In this document: one piece after another, positions 1-10,042 of the stretch
Position numbering within the stretch: the stretch's first letter is position 1
Layout of the letters: the number at the start of each line of letters is the position of its first letter
From: Kiritimatiellia bacterium
GTDB taxonomy: Bacteria; Verrucomicrobiota; Kiritimatiellia; JAAZAB01
Reading direction: 5' to 3'
Assembly: GCA_040767085.1 (NCBI GenBank)
Contig: JAXGPF010000003.1
Span: 192,001-256,000 of the forward strand
Length of the DNA: 64,000 bases
The notes under the pieces: generated by a model
The model's input: the letters and a program-made list of their open reading frames with translations, nothing else
What the model was told of the DNA's origin: nothing
Database searches by the model: none
Made by a program: the position numbers and the translations under genes

Positions 1-1
1 C

Positions 2-367
2 GTGACACGGGGCTTGCTGCATTCAAAGAAATGTGGCGGGCAGCGGTTGAAGCGAGGGAGTGTGCGCGGCTGGCATTCCTTCCGTGTGACGTTTGTCACC
101 CGCGCGTTGTCAGCCGGCATGCCGGAAGAAATGGTTCGGCGCGTCACCGGCCACACCGCAGTGGACATAGTGCGGAAGCACTATTTCAAGCCCGGCCGCG
201 AAGAATTCCGGCGTGAATTCGAGAAAGTCTCGTCCAAACTGCTGATGAACGAGACAAAATCCCGCGACGATCAACTGCGCGAAATCATCCACGGCATGAC
301 CGCCAATACCTGGCGCCAGGATCAGAAACGCCTGCTGGCGGTTTTGGACGGGAAGGCATCATCGTGA
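2..367 (+). CDS. Tyrosine recombinase/integrase, C-terminal part (5' truncated by window)
   Basis: HSFRVTF (H-x-x-R), VTGHT and the downstream catalytic Y (RKHY). Confidence 0.9.
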   Translation: MTRGLLHSKKCGGQRLKRGSVRGWHSFRVTFVTRALSAGMPEEMVRRVTGHTAVDIVRKHYFKPGREEFRREFEKVSSKLLMNETKSRDDQLREIIHGMTANTWRQDQKRLLAVLDGKASS

Positions 368-422
368 TTTTAGAAGATGATTATGGATAGGGCTCCGGCC
401 TTTTGTCTGGTCTTTGTAGGCA

Positions 423-756
423 TGTTGTGATAACATTTTTTTACCGGGTTTCGGGGCGTCGGCCGGCGTGAAAGTTCCTGATTTCGCCGGTGAGAGTGTT
501 CCTCGCCGGTTCATTCATCTTTCTGGGATCGGAAGCTTTTGCCCTCGATGGTGACGGTCTCGCAGTGATGGACGAGTCGGTCGAGGATGGCGGTGGTGAG
601 CATGGTGTCATTGTTGAAGATGCGCGGCCAGTGCTTGTAGGCCATGTTGGTCATGAGGATGATCGCGCTGCGCTCGTAGCGGGCGCTGATGACTTGGAAG
701 AGCAGGTCCGCCCCTCGCTTGTCCATGGGAATGGAGCCCAGTTTAGTCAACGACAA
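423..756 (-). pseudogene. istB: IS21-family remnant: 3' fragment of istB ATPase (511-756) plus probable element end
   Basis: GADLLFQVISARYERSAIILMTN...AILDRLVHHCETVTIEGKSFR is the IstB C-terminus, truncated at Walker B. Repeated GCCGGyG-like motifs at ~460-510 resemble IS21 end repeats. Confidence 0.8.
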
Positions 757-1038
757 TTACTTTTTCCGCATGGGCAAGGGGCTTTATGCATGCTATTTCG
801 TGGCCAAGGGGAATCCGCAGAGATGCTGTCTTTCCCTTGTAGGATGAACCTGTTGCTTAATATTTAAATAAATACTGACTGACCCCAATTGCCCCTCTAA
901 GGATATTCATTGAGGATATTCCCTTGTCTTTACAGTCATTGATTGTTACATTTCTAAATATCTTGCGAGCAATGATCAGCGGACATCCTGACGCGCGCTA
1001 AAAATGGAGATTGTCTATGTGTCGAGAGGCAAAACCGA

Positions 1039-4000
1039 ATGGCGGTTGACCCATCCAGATTGCCGATCGGGCAGAAGGTACTGTTGCCGGGACATTTTGA
1101 CCAGGCGGTGACACTGGAAGGCGTTCGCCCTCTCGGGAATAGTTTCGAGTGCCGTGTCCGGTTGGCGTCCGGTGCGCTCGACGAGACCGTGATTTCACAG
1201 AAAGAAGCCAATGCCCTCGCCGACGAGACTGGTGGTGACGCAACGACGACTACGCCGGCCGCCGCCGAACAAGTCCGGTTGCTGATAGAGTCAACCCGTA
1301 TCCGTCTGGCCTACACCCACGACCCGCATTTCGCCGTCAGCCTCTCGGGCATCCGTACGCTGCCGCACCAGATCGAGGCCGTTTACATGAAGATGCTACC
1401 GCAACCCCGTTTGCGGTTCCTTTTGGCCGACGACCCCGGCGCGGGCAAGACGATCATGGCGGGACTGCTCATCAAGGAACTGAAACTTCGCGAGGCGATT
1501 GACCGCGTTCTCATCCTGTGCCCATCGCCATTGACTATTCAGTGGCAGGATGAAATGCAGCGGTGGTTCGGCGAAGAGTTCAGCATCATATTCTATGCTG
1601 TGGACCAGCAACAACTGACGAATCCCTGGCAACGCAGCAACCAGGTTGTCGCTTCGATTGACTATGCCAAGCAGGAGGACGTGCGGGAGCGCGTCTGGCA
1701 ACAGCGGTGGGACCTCATCATCATTGATGAAGCCCACAAGTGCAGCGCCTACACTAAGAAGTCCTCGACCCGTGGCGACGAGGCGGAGAAGACCAAGCGC
1801 TACCAATTGGCCGAAAAACTGACGGCCCAGGCCGACCATGTTGTTTTGCTGACGGCGACACCCCATCACGGCGACGATGACCGTTTTGCGCATTTCATTC
1901 GCCTGCTGGACCCGGACCTTTTCCCAGAACCGCATCGCCTGGCCGAAAAGGCAGGCGAGATTCGCCGCGACATTCTCAAACTCGGCCCGGACTGCCCCTG
2001 GGCGCTGCGGCGCCTGAAGGAAGATTTGAAGGACATGGAGGGGCGACGCCTCTTCCCCGACCGTTATGCCCATACCGTGACGTTCCGTCTCAACCGTGAG
2101 GAATACGACCTCTATAAGGCGGTCACGGCGTACATCAACGAGTTTCTGCCGCAGGCCAGCGGCAGCAAAAAGCAGAGCGTTGCCCTCGCCCGGACAGTCT
2201 TCCAGCGCCGGCTGGCCAGTTCGACGATGGCGATCTACCAGTCATTGAACCGCCGCTTGGGCAAACAGAAAGACCTGCTCCAGGAACTGGAGTCCCTGTC
2301 CCCGTCCCAGCGCGCCAAACGGCTGGCGCAACTGCAAGGCCGCCTGAGTGACAGCGAACAGGAAGAAGACGACCTCGACGACTCGCAGCGGGACTTGCTC
2401 GTTGACGAAACCACATCCGCTCTTGAACTGGATCAACTCCGAGCCGAAATCGCCGCCCTTGGAGAGATCACTGCGCGCGCAAGTCGTCTCAAGGACAAAG
2501 GCCCGGACGCCGATTCCAAACTGGCCGCCCTACAGGCGTGCCTCAAGAAGGCCGAGTTCCACGAACTCAAAGACGGACGCGGGAAATTGCTCCTTTTCAC
2601 AGAACACCGCGACACGATGACATACATCCGCGACCATCTGGACCGGTGGGGATATTCGACGTGCGAGATACACGGCGGTATGAATCCCCACGAGCGCAAG
2701 CGGGCGCAGGAGGACTTCCGGGTTTCACGGCAGATTTGCGTTGCCACCGAGGCCGCCGGCGAAGGTATCAACCTCCAGTTCTGTCATTTGATGATCAACT
2801 ACGACCTGCCCTGGAACCCGACCCGCCTGGAACAACGACTTGGCCGCATCCATCGTATCGGGCAGGATCGCGAGTGCCACGCCTACAACTTCGTTGCCGC
2901 CGAGTCCGTAGAGGGTCAACCGATCATCGAAGGCCGCATCCTTCAACGGCTCTTGGAAAAACTGGAGCAGATGCGAGTTGTGCTTGCTGATCGTGTCTTT
3001 GACGTTGTAGGCGAAGTGCTTTCGCTGAACGACGTAAACCTGCCCGAGATGCTGCGCGAGGCGGCCCACGATCCGCGCCGCCTCGACGAATACCTCGACA
3101 TCATCGAGAAGGTGGACCCCTCGCGCCTGCTGCGCTACGAGCAAGCGACCGGCATCGCCTTGGCCCGCGCCAACGTGGACTTCTCCGGCTTCCAAAAGGC
3201 GAACGTTGAGGCCGAGGAACGCCGCCTCATGCCGCGCTACGTGGAAGACCAGTTCGTCAAATCCGCCAAGGAAGTCGGACTCAAGGTCGAGCCCCGTGCC
3301 GACGGCCTCTGGCGGGTGGAACACGTCCTCGCCGACCTGCGGTCCGAGCGGCTGGACGCCGTCCGACGCATGGGCAAACCCGAGCCGACCTACCGCAAAC
3401 TCACCTTCCACAAGGGCCATCTGGAGCAGGACCAGCACGTTGACGCCGTCCTTCTTGGCCCCGGCCACGCCCTCTATGCCGCCGTAGACGAGAAACTCAA
3501 TGAACGTCTAGCTGCCCTCACCGGCGCAACCGCCATCTTTGTCGAGGCGGCTGCGGAAACCCCGTATCTGCTCCACTTCTTTGAACTCTCCGTCCGCGGC
3601 CAGAACACCAAAGGCGACTCCCAGGCGCTCTATGGCGAACTGGTTGCCGTCCGGGAAGAGACGGCCGGCGACGCCCCCGAGAAGTTCAGCGTGGTACCCG
3701 CCGACATCTTGCTGGACCTCCCGGTCCATCCCGCGCCGCCGGCCAGCGTGCGGCGATTCGACGCCGCCGGCGCGGCCGACTTCCTCAAGGCCACCTACCA
3801 GACCGAGCGGCGCGAGACCTGCCAGAAAGAGCGCCAACGCTTCGTCGCCGTCTGCCGGGACTACCTCGAACAATCCTTCACCGCCCGTATCCGCGCCGCG
3901 CAGAACCGCGTCATGGCCCTACGTGCCCGCGAAGCCGCGGCCCCAGAAATCGCCATTGCGCGTCAGCGTGCCGAGAACGACCTTGCCGATCTACAGCGGA

Positions 4001-4587
4001 CCAGACAGGAACGGCTCGACGGCCTGAAACGGCTGGAAGTGGCCCGACATGGCCCCTTGCGCCATTTGGCGACCGCCATCGTGCTTCCTGCCGCCGACGT
4101 GCCCGCAGACACGGAGGCGAAGACAGCGCTTCTCGACGATCTGGACCCCGAGACCAAGCGCAAAATCGAGCTGGCCGCCGAAGATGTAGTCATCGCCTAC
4201 GAGACCGGACGCGGATGGGAAACCGAGCGCGTGGGCCATCTCAAGATCGGCTTTGACATCCGCAGCCTCGGTCCAGCCGATGCGCAGACAGGTTACCGCG
4301 ATCCGGTCCACGGCGTCCGCCGCATCGAAGTCAAAGGCAGGAAGAAGGGGCAACCAATCCGGCTGACCACGAATGAATGGTACAAGGCCCAGCAACTCGG
4401 CGATTCCTTCTGGCTCTACGTCGTCTGGAATCCGCTACAGAACCCCGGCCCCGTGCCGGTCATGATCCAGAATCCGGCCAAGGTCCTGGAGCACGTCGCG
4501 AAGCCGGTGGTTTCGGCGAGGTTCTATGATGTTCCAGCATCTGCCATCGTCTCAGTAGGCACGAAACTCAGAGAGAGGGAAACATGA
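1039..4587 (+). CDS. SNF2-family helicase with C-terminal DUF3883 PD-(D/E)xK nuclease-like domain
   Basis: LLADDPGAGKT, DEAH, LTATPH, EGINLQ, QRLGRIHRIGQ; C-terminal GFDIRS...IEVKGR...LTTNEW. Confidence 0.92.
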   Translation: MAVDPSRLPIGQKVLLPGHFDQAVTLEGVRPLGNSFECRVRLASGALDETVISQKEANALADETGGDATTTTPAAAEQVRLLIESTRIRLAYTHDPHFAVSLSGIRTLPHQIEAVYMKMLPQPRLRFLLADDPGAGKTIMAGLLIKELKLREAIDRVLILCPSPLTIQWQDEMQRWFGEEFSIIFYAVDQQQLTNPWQRSNQVVASIDYAKQEDVRERVWQQRWDLIIIDEAHKCSAYTKKSSTRGDEAEKTKRYQLAEKLTAQADHVVLLTATPHHGDDDRFAHFIRLLDPDLFPEPHRLAEKAGEIRRDILKLGPDCPWALRRLKEDLKDMEGRRLFPDRYAHTVTFRLNREEYDLYKAVTAYINEFLPQASGSKKQSVALARTVFQRRLASSTMAIYQSLNRRLGKQKDLLQELESLSPSQRAKRLAQLQGRLSDSEQEEDDLDDSQRDLLVDETTSALELDQLRAEIAALGEITARASRLKDKGPDADSKLAALQACLKKAEFHELKDGRGKLLLFTEHRDTMTYIRDHLDRWGYSTCEIHGGMNPHERKRAQEDFRVSRQICVATEAAGEGINLQFCHLMINYDLPWNPTRLEQRLGRIHRIGQDRECHAYNFVAAESVEGQPIIEGRILQRLLEKLEQMRVVLADRVFDVVGEVLSLNDVNLPEMLREAAHDPRRLDEYLDIIEKVDPSRLLRYEQATGIALARANVDFSGFQKANVEAEERRLMPRYVEDQFVKSAKEVGLKVEPRADGLWRVEHVLADLRSERLDAVRRMGKPEPTYRKLTFHKGHLEQDQHVDAVLLGPGHALYAAVDEKLNERLAALTGATAIFVEAAAETPYLLHFFELSVRGQNTKGDSQALYGELVAVREETAGDAPEKFSVVPADILLDLPVHPAPPASVRRFDAAGAADFLKATYQTERRETCQKERQRFVAVCRDYLEQSFTARIRAAQNRVMALRAREAAAPEIAIARQRAENDLADLQRTRQERLDGLKRLEVARHGPLRHLATAIVLPAADVPADTEAKTALLDDLDPETKRKIELAAEDVVIAYETGRGWETERVGHLKIGFDIRSLGPADAQTGYRDPVHGVRRIEVKGRKKGQPIRLTTNEWYKAQQLGDSFWLYVVWNPLQNPGPVPVMIQNPAKVLEHVAKPVVSARFYDVPASAIVSVGTKLRERET

Positions 4588-6902
4588 ATCTGTCAGTCAT
4601 TGAGAGAATGGCACGTGAAGGAGATCTGAGTATTGATGCTGCAACGTACTTGCTCAACTGTCGTGGCGAATGTGAATGGCTGGACTACAAGCAACTACTC
4701 ACGCTGGAACATGACAAGCAGCTTTGTGACTTTGCCAAGGATGCATTGGCCATAAAGAATGTTGGAGGTGGATATATCCTCATCGGAATTGAAGACAAAA
4801 CGTGGAAGCCTGTCGGATTGACGGAACATCTCCCATATGACAGCAAGATGCTACGGGATCAGATACGTCGCGCCGCTGGGATCGAGCTCAGTGTTGATGT
4901 TGTTGCGCACCACATCAGGATTGCAGGTTCCACTGGACACTTCGCACTGATTCTTGTCCGTTCCAGTCGGAAGAGAACCAAGAGGCGGTCACCCACTGTT
5001 GTCAGCAAGGATTTTTGCGCATCGACTGGTTTTGGGCTGCGTCGTGGCGAGATCTACGTTCGCAAAGGTGACTCTACGGTGAAGGTTTCCTCTCAAGCAG
5101 AGTTGGAAGACCTGCTCGACGCGCTTGAGGCGCAAGCCGACGAAGTCGCATTGACTGGCTCGGGAGCATCTTCGCCGTTTGCAGTAGAAGATGGACTGTA
5201 TCGCCTCCTGGAGAAGGGGTTTGATCAGTTCGTCGGCCGTGAGAACCAGAGGCAGGAATTGCTGGAGGCCGTTACACGGGATCCGCGTATCTGGATCATC
5301 AATGTACACGGGCCGGGAGGAGTGGGAAAATCGGCTCTCGTTAACTGGGCTGTCTACGAGTTCTATGCTCGACGCACATTTGAGTGCATCGTCCAACTCA
5401 CAGCCAAGGAGACTGTTCTGACTCCGCAAGGTATCGTGCGCTATGGGCGCTCGCTGTACTCGCTGGAGAACCTATTGGATCACATCTTGATGACCTTTGG
5501 GGAAGATGTCCCTCTTGAGCTTGAAAAGAAACGCTCTCTCGCGAGAGAGATTCTTTCGGCATGGAGTACCTTACTTGTCCTTGACAACATGGAAACCGTG
5601 CAGGACTCCCGTATTGTGAGTTTCATCCAAGAACTTCCTGTTGACACGCGAGCCAAAGTGCTCATGACCAGCCGCGAAAAAAGCGGCGCATGGGAACTTC
5701 CGCTTTACGTTCATGAACTAACCTACGACGAGGTACGGGAGTTCATGAAGGTGCGCGTGGACGAACTCGGGATGGACTGTCCCACCGATGAGAAGACGGC
5801 CAAGCAGGTCCGCGACGCCAGCGGAGGTCTGCCGCTTGCAATTCAATGGATTCTCGGTCGCTACCGGGCCACGGGCAGTCTGGGTGCGGTGCTTCAGGCT
5901 GTCGGTGCAAAGGATTCACCCGTTCTTGAGTTCAGTTTCCGAAATATTTGGCAAGTTCTCTCACCGGACGGCAAGGCGGTACTTGCCATCATGACGATAT
6001 TCGACGACCCGCCAACCGTGCAGCAGATCTCCGTGGCTACAGGCTTCGCTGTTGACCGGGTTGAAACGGCCTGTGCTGAAATTTCTGATGTCACTTTGGT
6101 GGATCGGCGGATAGGTCGTGAGGACGGTATCGCCAGACACATCGCGCTTCCTATCACACTGTCGTTTGCCCGCCACCAACTTAGCGATATGGGGGACTTC
6201 GAGGTCATGGCGAGAAGACGCTTCATGCAGTTTTCGGAGCAGATGGAATTGCAGGAATCCGAACTGCACCGCTTTCGCAACAGATTTGAGACCTACGGGC
6301 TGGCCACCGACAATGAGAAGCGTGCGGCGATCCTGTGCCAACGCGGGGAATCAGAGGTGTTTGCAGGAAACGTCGATGCTGCCGATTCGCTTTTCAAGCA
6401 GGCACGCGAATTGGCTCCACAGTGCGCCTACGTGCATGCCATGAGCGCGAGTAACGACCTAAACAGAAACAGGATTGGAGCGGCGCTCGATCACATTGAA
6501 GAGGCGTGCCGGAGAGCGACAAGGGCCACCGGGGCGCTTTGCTTCACAATCAAGGCTCGCATCATGGATGCCCAACGGGATCGATACGGACGTGTCGATG
6601 CCCTATCCAAAGCGCTTGAGTACTCGGACGATCGGATTACAAGGCACCAATATGGCGTGGCTTTGAGTAGAGCCGGATGCACGGAGGAAGCGGTGAAGCA
6701 GTTCACGCTTATCATCGACGCTGAAAAGGGCAATACGCCCCCGTCCGATACATTGCTGATGGCGTTGCGAACTCGCGTCATCAACCTCAGGAGGCTGAAT
6801 AGACAATCCGAAGCGGCAGAGGATTTGGCGTTCGGCCAGCGACTTCTGGCTGACTATCCACATCTACGTCGCAACATACGATTCGATGACCTGGATGAGT
6901 AG
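4584..6902 (+). CDS. Schlafen/AlbA_2 - STAND (NB-ARC-like) NTPase - TPR protein
   Basis: N-terminal ECEWLDYK...AIKNVGGGYILIGIED (AlbA_2); Walker A GPGGVGKS, Walker B LLVLDNME, GGLPLAI motif; helical TPR-like C-terminus; ATGA overlap with the helicase stop. Confidence 0.85.
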   Translation: MNLSVIERMAREGDLSIDAATYLLNCRGECEWLDYKQLLTLEHDKQLCDFAKDALAIKNVGGGYILIGIEDKTWKPVGLTEHLPYDSKMLRDQIRRAAGIELSVDVVAHHIRIAGSTGHFALILVRSSRKRTKRRSPTVVSKDFCASTGFGLRRGEIYVRKGDSTVKVSSQAELEDLLDALEAQADEVALTGSGASSPFAVEDGLYRLLEKGFDQFVGRENQRQELLEAVTRDPRIWIINVHGPGGVGKSALVNWAVYEFYARRTFECIVQLTAKETVLTPQGIVRYGRSLYSLENLLDHILMTFGEDVPLELEKKRSLAREILSAWSTLLVLDNMETVQDSRIVSFIQELPVDTRAKVLMTSREKSGAWELPLYVHELTYDEVREFMKVRVDELGMDCPTDEKTAKQVRDASGGLPLAIQWILGRYRATGSLGAVLQAVGAKDSPVLEFSFRNIWQVLSPDGKAVLAIMTIFDDPPTVQQISVATGFAVDRVETACAEISDVTLVDRRIGREDGIARHIALPITLSFARHQLSDMGDFEVMARRRFMQFSEQMELQESELHRFRNRFETYGLATDNEKRAAILCQRGESEVFAGNVDAADSLFKQARELAPQCAYVHAMSASNDLNRNRIGAALDHIEEACRRATRATGALCFTIKARIMDAQRDRYGRVDALSKALEYSDDRITRHQYGVALSRAGCTEEAVKQFTLIIDAEKGNTPPSDTLLMALRTRVINLRRLNRQSEAAEDLAFGQRLLADYPHLRRNIRFDDLDE

Positions 6903-6911
6903 CCCACTGCA

Positions 6912-9900
6912 ATGCAAAAGAACAGCGACCGCAGATTAATCGAAGACTACCTGCCCATCGAGGCGATTTCCGCCGAGGCGAGCCGGGAGAAGTCCATCCG
7001 CAAGGGCCACATCTCGACGCTACACCTCTGGTGGGCGCGTATTCCCCTTGTAACCTGCCGCGCAGCCATATACAGCGCACTTGTGCCCGCCTCACGGTTC
7101 GTACCGAACAACGGCGCAGACAACAAGAAGAAGTCTCTGGGACGGGCCAATTCCGCGCGCTTTGTCAAAGGACTCTGCCGGTATCCAAGTGAGACCAAGC
7201 CAGAGGACAAGATTTCCATTGAAAGGGCAATTCAGGAAGCTCAGCGGCATGTCCTTGCCACCCATGCCGAGCGACTCACTGCCGAACTTGCCGACTGGAA
7301 GGCCGGACAGACCGGAAAGCCCGGCTGGGTGGACGAGTTCAAGTGGAAGCCTGCCTGCTGCGACACCGAATGCGGCGCAGGCAGGGGCGAAACCGTCACG
7401 ATCGAGGACATCGTCGCCGGCCGCGCCCCGCGCCCGCGTGTAATGGACATGTTCGCTGGCGGCGGGACGATCCCTTTGGAAGCCTTGCGGCTTGGTTGCG
7501 AAGCCTACGCCAACGACCTGAACCCCGTGGCGCACATCATCCAACTCTGCACACTGGTCTATCCGCAGAAATACGGCAAACCCGACCCGACGGCGCGTGG
7601 CATGACCGGTCCGAAGAACGAGAAGGGCGAGACCACTTGGGGCGGATTGGCGGACGAGGTGCGCTGTTGGGGCGACTGGGTGCTCAACAAAGTCAAGGCG
7701 GAGATCGGTGATCTATACCCGCTGATTCCCGACCCCGACTACAAAGGTAAGAAGCCTGCCCTTCAACCGGACTGGTTCAAGGAACATGACACCGAAGATG
7801 TGCCCGCCGGCTACCTGATGCCCGCCGCGTACTTTTGGACCAGGACCGTCAGATGCAAAAACCCATCCTGTCGGGCGACGGTCCCGCTGGTGAAACAGAC
7901 GTGGCTCTGCAAGAAGGACGGCAAGTACATCGCCATGCGAATGATCGCTCCGAAGGGCAAAAAGGAAGTCCGATTCGAGATAGTCGAAACTCCATCGGAA
8001 GCGAGACTGGGTTTCGATCCCACCGCTTTTTCCAAGGCCGGAAACGCTTCTTGCCCGTTCTGCAACACCGTCGCGGACAGCGACTACGTCAAGGTCGAAG
8101 GTTGCGAGAAGCGCATCGGCGAACAACTCATGGCAATCGCGTGTACACGGCCAGGCGCACGGGGAAAGGTCTATCTCTCCCTTGCGGATGCACCAACCGC
8201 TGACATCCACGAAGAGGCCATTGTGCAGCAACTCAAGGCCCTATGTGGCAAGACTGGCCTGACCGTCCCGAATGAACCCATCGTGACGGACGCAAAGAAC
8301 AGTTGCTGGACGCCCCTGTACGGATTCAGCACCTTCGGCGACATCTTCACCCCTCGTCAGAAACTGTGCCTCTTGCACTTCTGTTGCGCCGTGCGTAGCG
8401 CCGAACAGCACATGAAGAAGGATGGCATCTCGCAGGAGCACACACTAGCCATTGCCACGTCTTTGGGCATCTTGGTGGACCGCGTTGCTAGTCAGAGCAA
8501 CACCTGTTGTATCTACCACACAGGGGGAGAGAAGATTGAAAACTCCCTCGGAGCCCGTTCACTCCCGTTGACGTGGGACTTTGTCGAAGCTAATCCCCTG
8601 GGAAACGTCACCGGCAGTGCGGCAAACCAGATTGACTGGATTGTGGCGGTTTATGAGGAATTGCAGAAGGTGCGGAACACGGCGGCTTTGAACCGCGGGT
8701 CAGCGGTGGAACTGCCATATGCTGACGCCAGTATTGACGCAGTGATTACGGACCCGCCGTACTACGACAATGTTCCCTACGCCAATCTCTCGGACTTCTT
8801 CTTCGCGTGGATGAAACGTTCCATCGGCCATCTATATCCTGCGCATTTCGCGGGAACCGCTACGCCGAAAAAGTCAGAGGCAGTGGCGGACGCCACCCGA
8901 CACGGCGGTTCCAAGGATGCGGCACGCAAGGCATACGAGAAGATGATGGCCGCCGCATTCGCGGGCGCACACCGTGCGCTGAAACCCAGCGGCGAAATGG
9001 TCGTGGTCTACGCCCACAAGACGACACTCGGCTGGTCCACGCTCGTTGATGCTCTTCGCGGTTCAGGCTTCACCGTTGTTGAGGCTTGGCCCGTCATTAT
9101 CACCATTTCCGGCGGCAAGGTGAAGGTGGGGAAGGCAATGCTCGCAGACGCCATCTTCCTCGTCGCCCGCAAGCGCGATGCTACTTCCAAGGCTGGGAAC
9201 TACGAGGCGGACGTGGTTCCAGAGCTTGGAAACATCGTCCGCGAGCGGGTGGACACGCTCTGGGATATGGGAATTTCCGGCGCGGACCTCGTGATTGCCT
9301 GTGTCGGCGCGGGACTGCGGGCGTTCACGAAGTACCCCCGCGTCGAGTTCGCCAACGGCGAGGAAGTGCCGGCCGAGCGGTTCCTGATGGAAGTCGAGAC
9401 GGTGGTCCTCGAAGCGATCCTTGGAAAACTCTCGAAGACGGTCGGCGCGAAAGCGGGCCTGCCTGCCGCGTGGTCCGTGGCGCAGGCAGGAGCGACGCTG
9501 TCCGGCCTCGATCCCGCTACGCGTTTCTACGTTCTCTGGCGCTACACCTATGGCGGCGCGGAACTGGACGCCGGGGAGGCGATCATCTTCGCCAACGGCA
9601 CGCACGTCGAACTAGATGGCCCGCATGGGCTTAGCACGGGTGTACGCCGGTTGGTTGAGAAAAAGAAGGGAAAGTACAAATTGCTGGACTTCACAGAGCG
9701 GGGGCAAGACGAAAAGCTTGGAATATCGGAAGAATCACAGGCTGGGAGTCCTACCGTTGACGCCTTGCATCGGATCCTGTGGCTCGTGGCACACAAGCCG
9801 CCGAAGATTCCCGATTTTCTGAACGAGACAAAACCGAACGTCGAGCAACTCCGCCTCGTCGCGCAAGCCCTCGCCGGCCCGGCGCTGAAAGGCGGCGAAT

Positions 9901-10025
9901 TGGCCGACGTATCACCTTCCGCCGAACAGTCCGCCCTGGGAAAACTTCTCGCCAACTGGAACGCGGTCATGGTCGGCAAGGCCGCCATGGCCGACAAGCG
10001 GGCCGGACAGCAGCAACTGCTTTAG
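6912..10025 (+). CDS. DUF1156-family adenine DNA methyltransferase with Zn-ribbon
   Basis: N-terminal HISTLHLWWAR, SAM motif DMFAGGG, catalytic TDPPYYD, CKNPSC/CPFC. Confidence 0.92.
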   Translation: MQKNSDRRLIEDYLPIEAISAEASREKSIRKGHISTLHLWWARIPLVTCRAAIYSALVPASRFVPNNGADNKKKSLGRANSARFVKGLCRYPSETKPEDKISIERAIQEAQRHVLATHAERLTAELADWKAGQTGKPGWVDEFKWKPACCDTECGAGRGETVTIEDIVAGRAPRPRVMDMFAGGGTIPLEALRLGCEAYANDLNPVAHIIQLCTLVYPQKYGKPDPTARGMTGPKNEKGETTWGGLADEVRCWGDWVLNKVKAEIGDLYPLIPDPDYKGKKPALQPDWFKEHDTEDVPAGYLMPAAYFWTRTVRCKNPSCRATVPLVKQTWLCKKDGKYIAMRMIAPKGKKEVRFEIVETPSEARLGFDPTAFSKAGNASCPFCNTVADSDYVKVEGCEKRIGEQLMAIACTRPGARGKVYLSLADAPTADIHEEAIVQQLKALCGKTGLTVPNEPIVTDAKNSCWTPLYGFSTFGDIFTPRQKLCLLHFCCAVRSAEQHMKKDGISQEHTLAIATSLGILVDRVASQSNTCCIYHTGGEKIENSLGARSLPLTWDFVEANPLGNVTGSAANQIDWIVAVYEELQKVRNTAALNRGSAVELPYADASIDAVITDPPYYDNVPYANLSDFFFAWMKRSIGHLYPAHFAGTATPKKSEAVADATRHGGSKDAARKAYEKMMAAAFAGAHRALKPSGEMVVVYAHKTTLGWSTLVDALRGSGFTVVEAWPVIITISGGKVKVGKAMLADAIFLVARKRDATSKAGNYEADVVPELGNIVRERVDTLWDMGISGADLVIACVGAGLRAFTKYPRVEFANGEEVPAERFLMEVETVVLEAILGKLSKTVGAKAGLPAAWSVAQAGATLSGLDPATRFYVLWRYTYGGAELDAGEAIIFANGTHVELDGPHGLSTGVRRLVEKKKGKYKLLDFTERGQDEKLGISEESQAGSPTVDALHRILWLVAHKPPKIPDFLNETKPNVEQLRLVAQALAGPALKGGELADVSPSAEQSALGKLLANWNAVMVGKAAMADKRAGQQQLL
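7350..7385. repeat. In-frame palindromic mini-insertion CCTGCCTGC-N18-GCAGGCAGG
   Basis: Perfect 9-bp terminal inverted repeat, 36 bp long, inside the methylase CDS. Confidence 0.75.
9458..9490. repeat. In-frame palindromic mini-insertion CCTGCCTGC-N15-GCAGGCAGG
   Basis: Second copy, 33 bp, encodes LPAAWSVAQAG within the methylase. Confidence 0.75.
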
Positions 10026-10042
10026 AAACGACAGGTTTGGAC

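Noticed and set aside
490-867. 125-aa plus-strand ORF
   Set aside because: Antisense shadow of the istB fragment.
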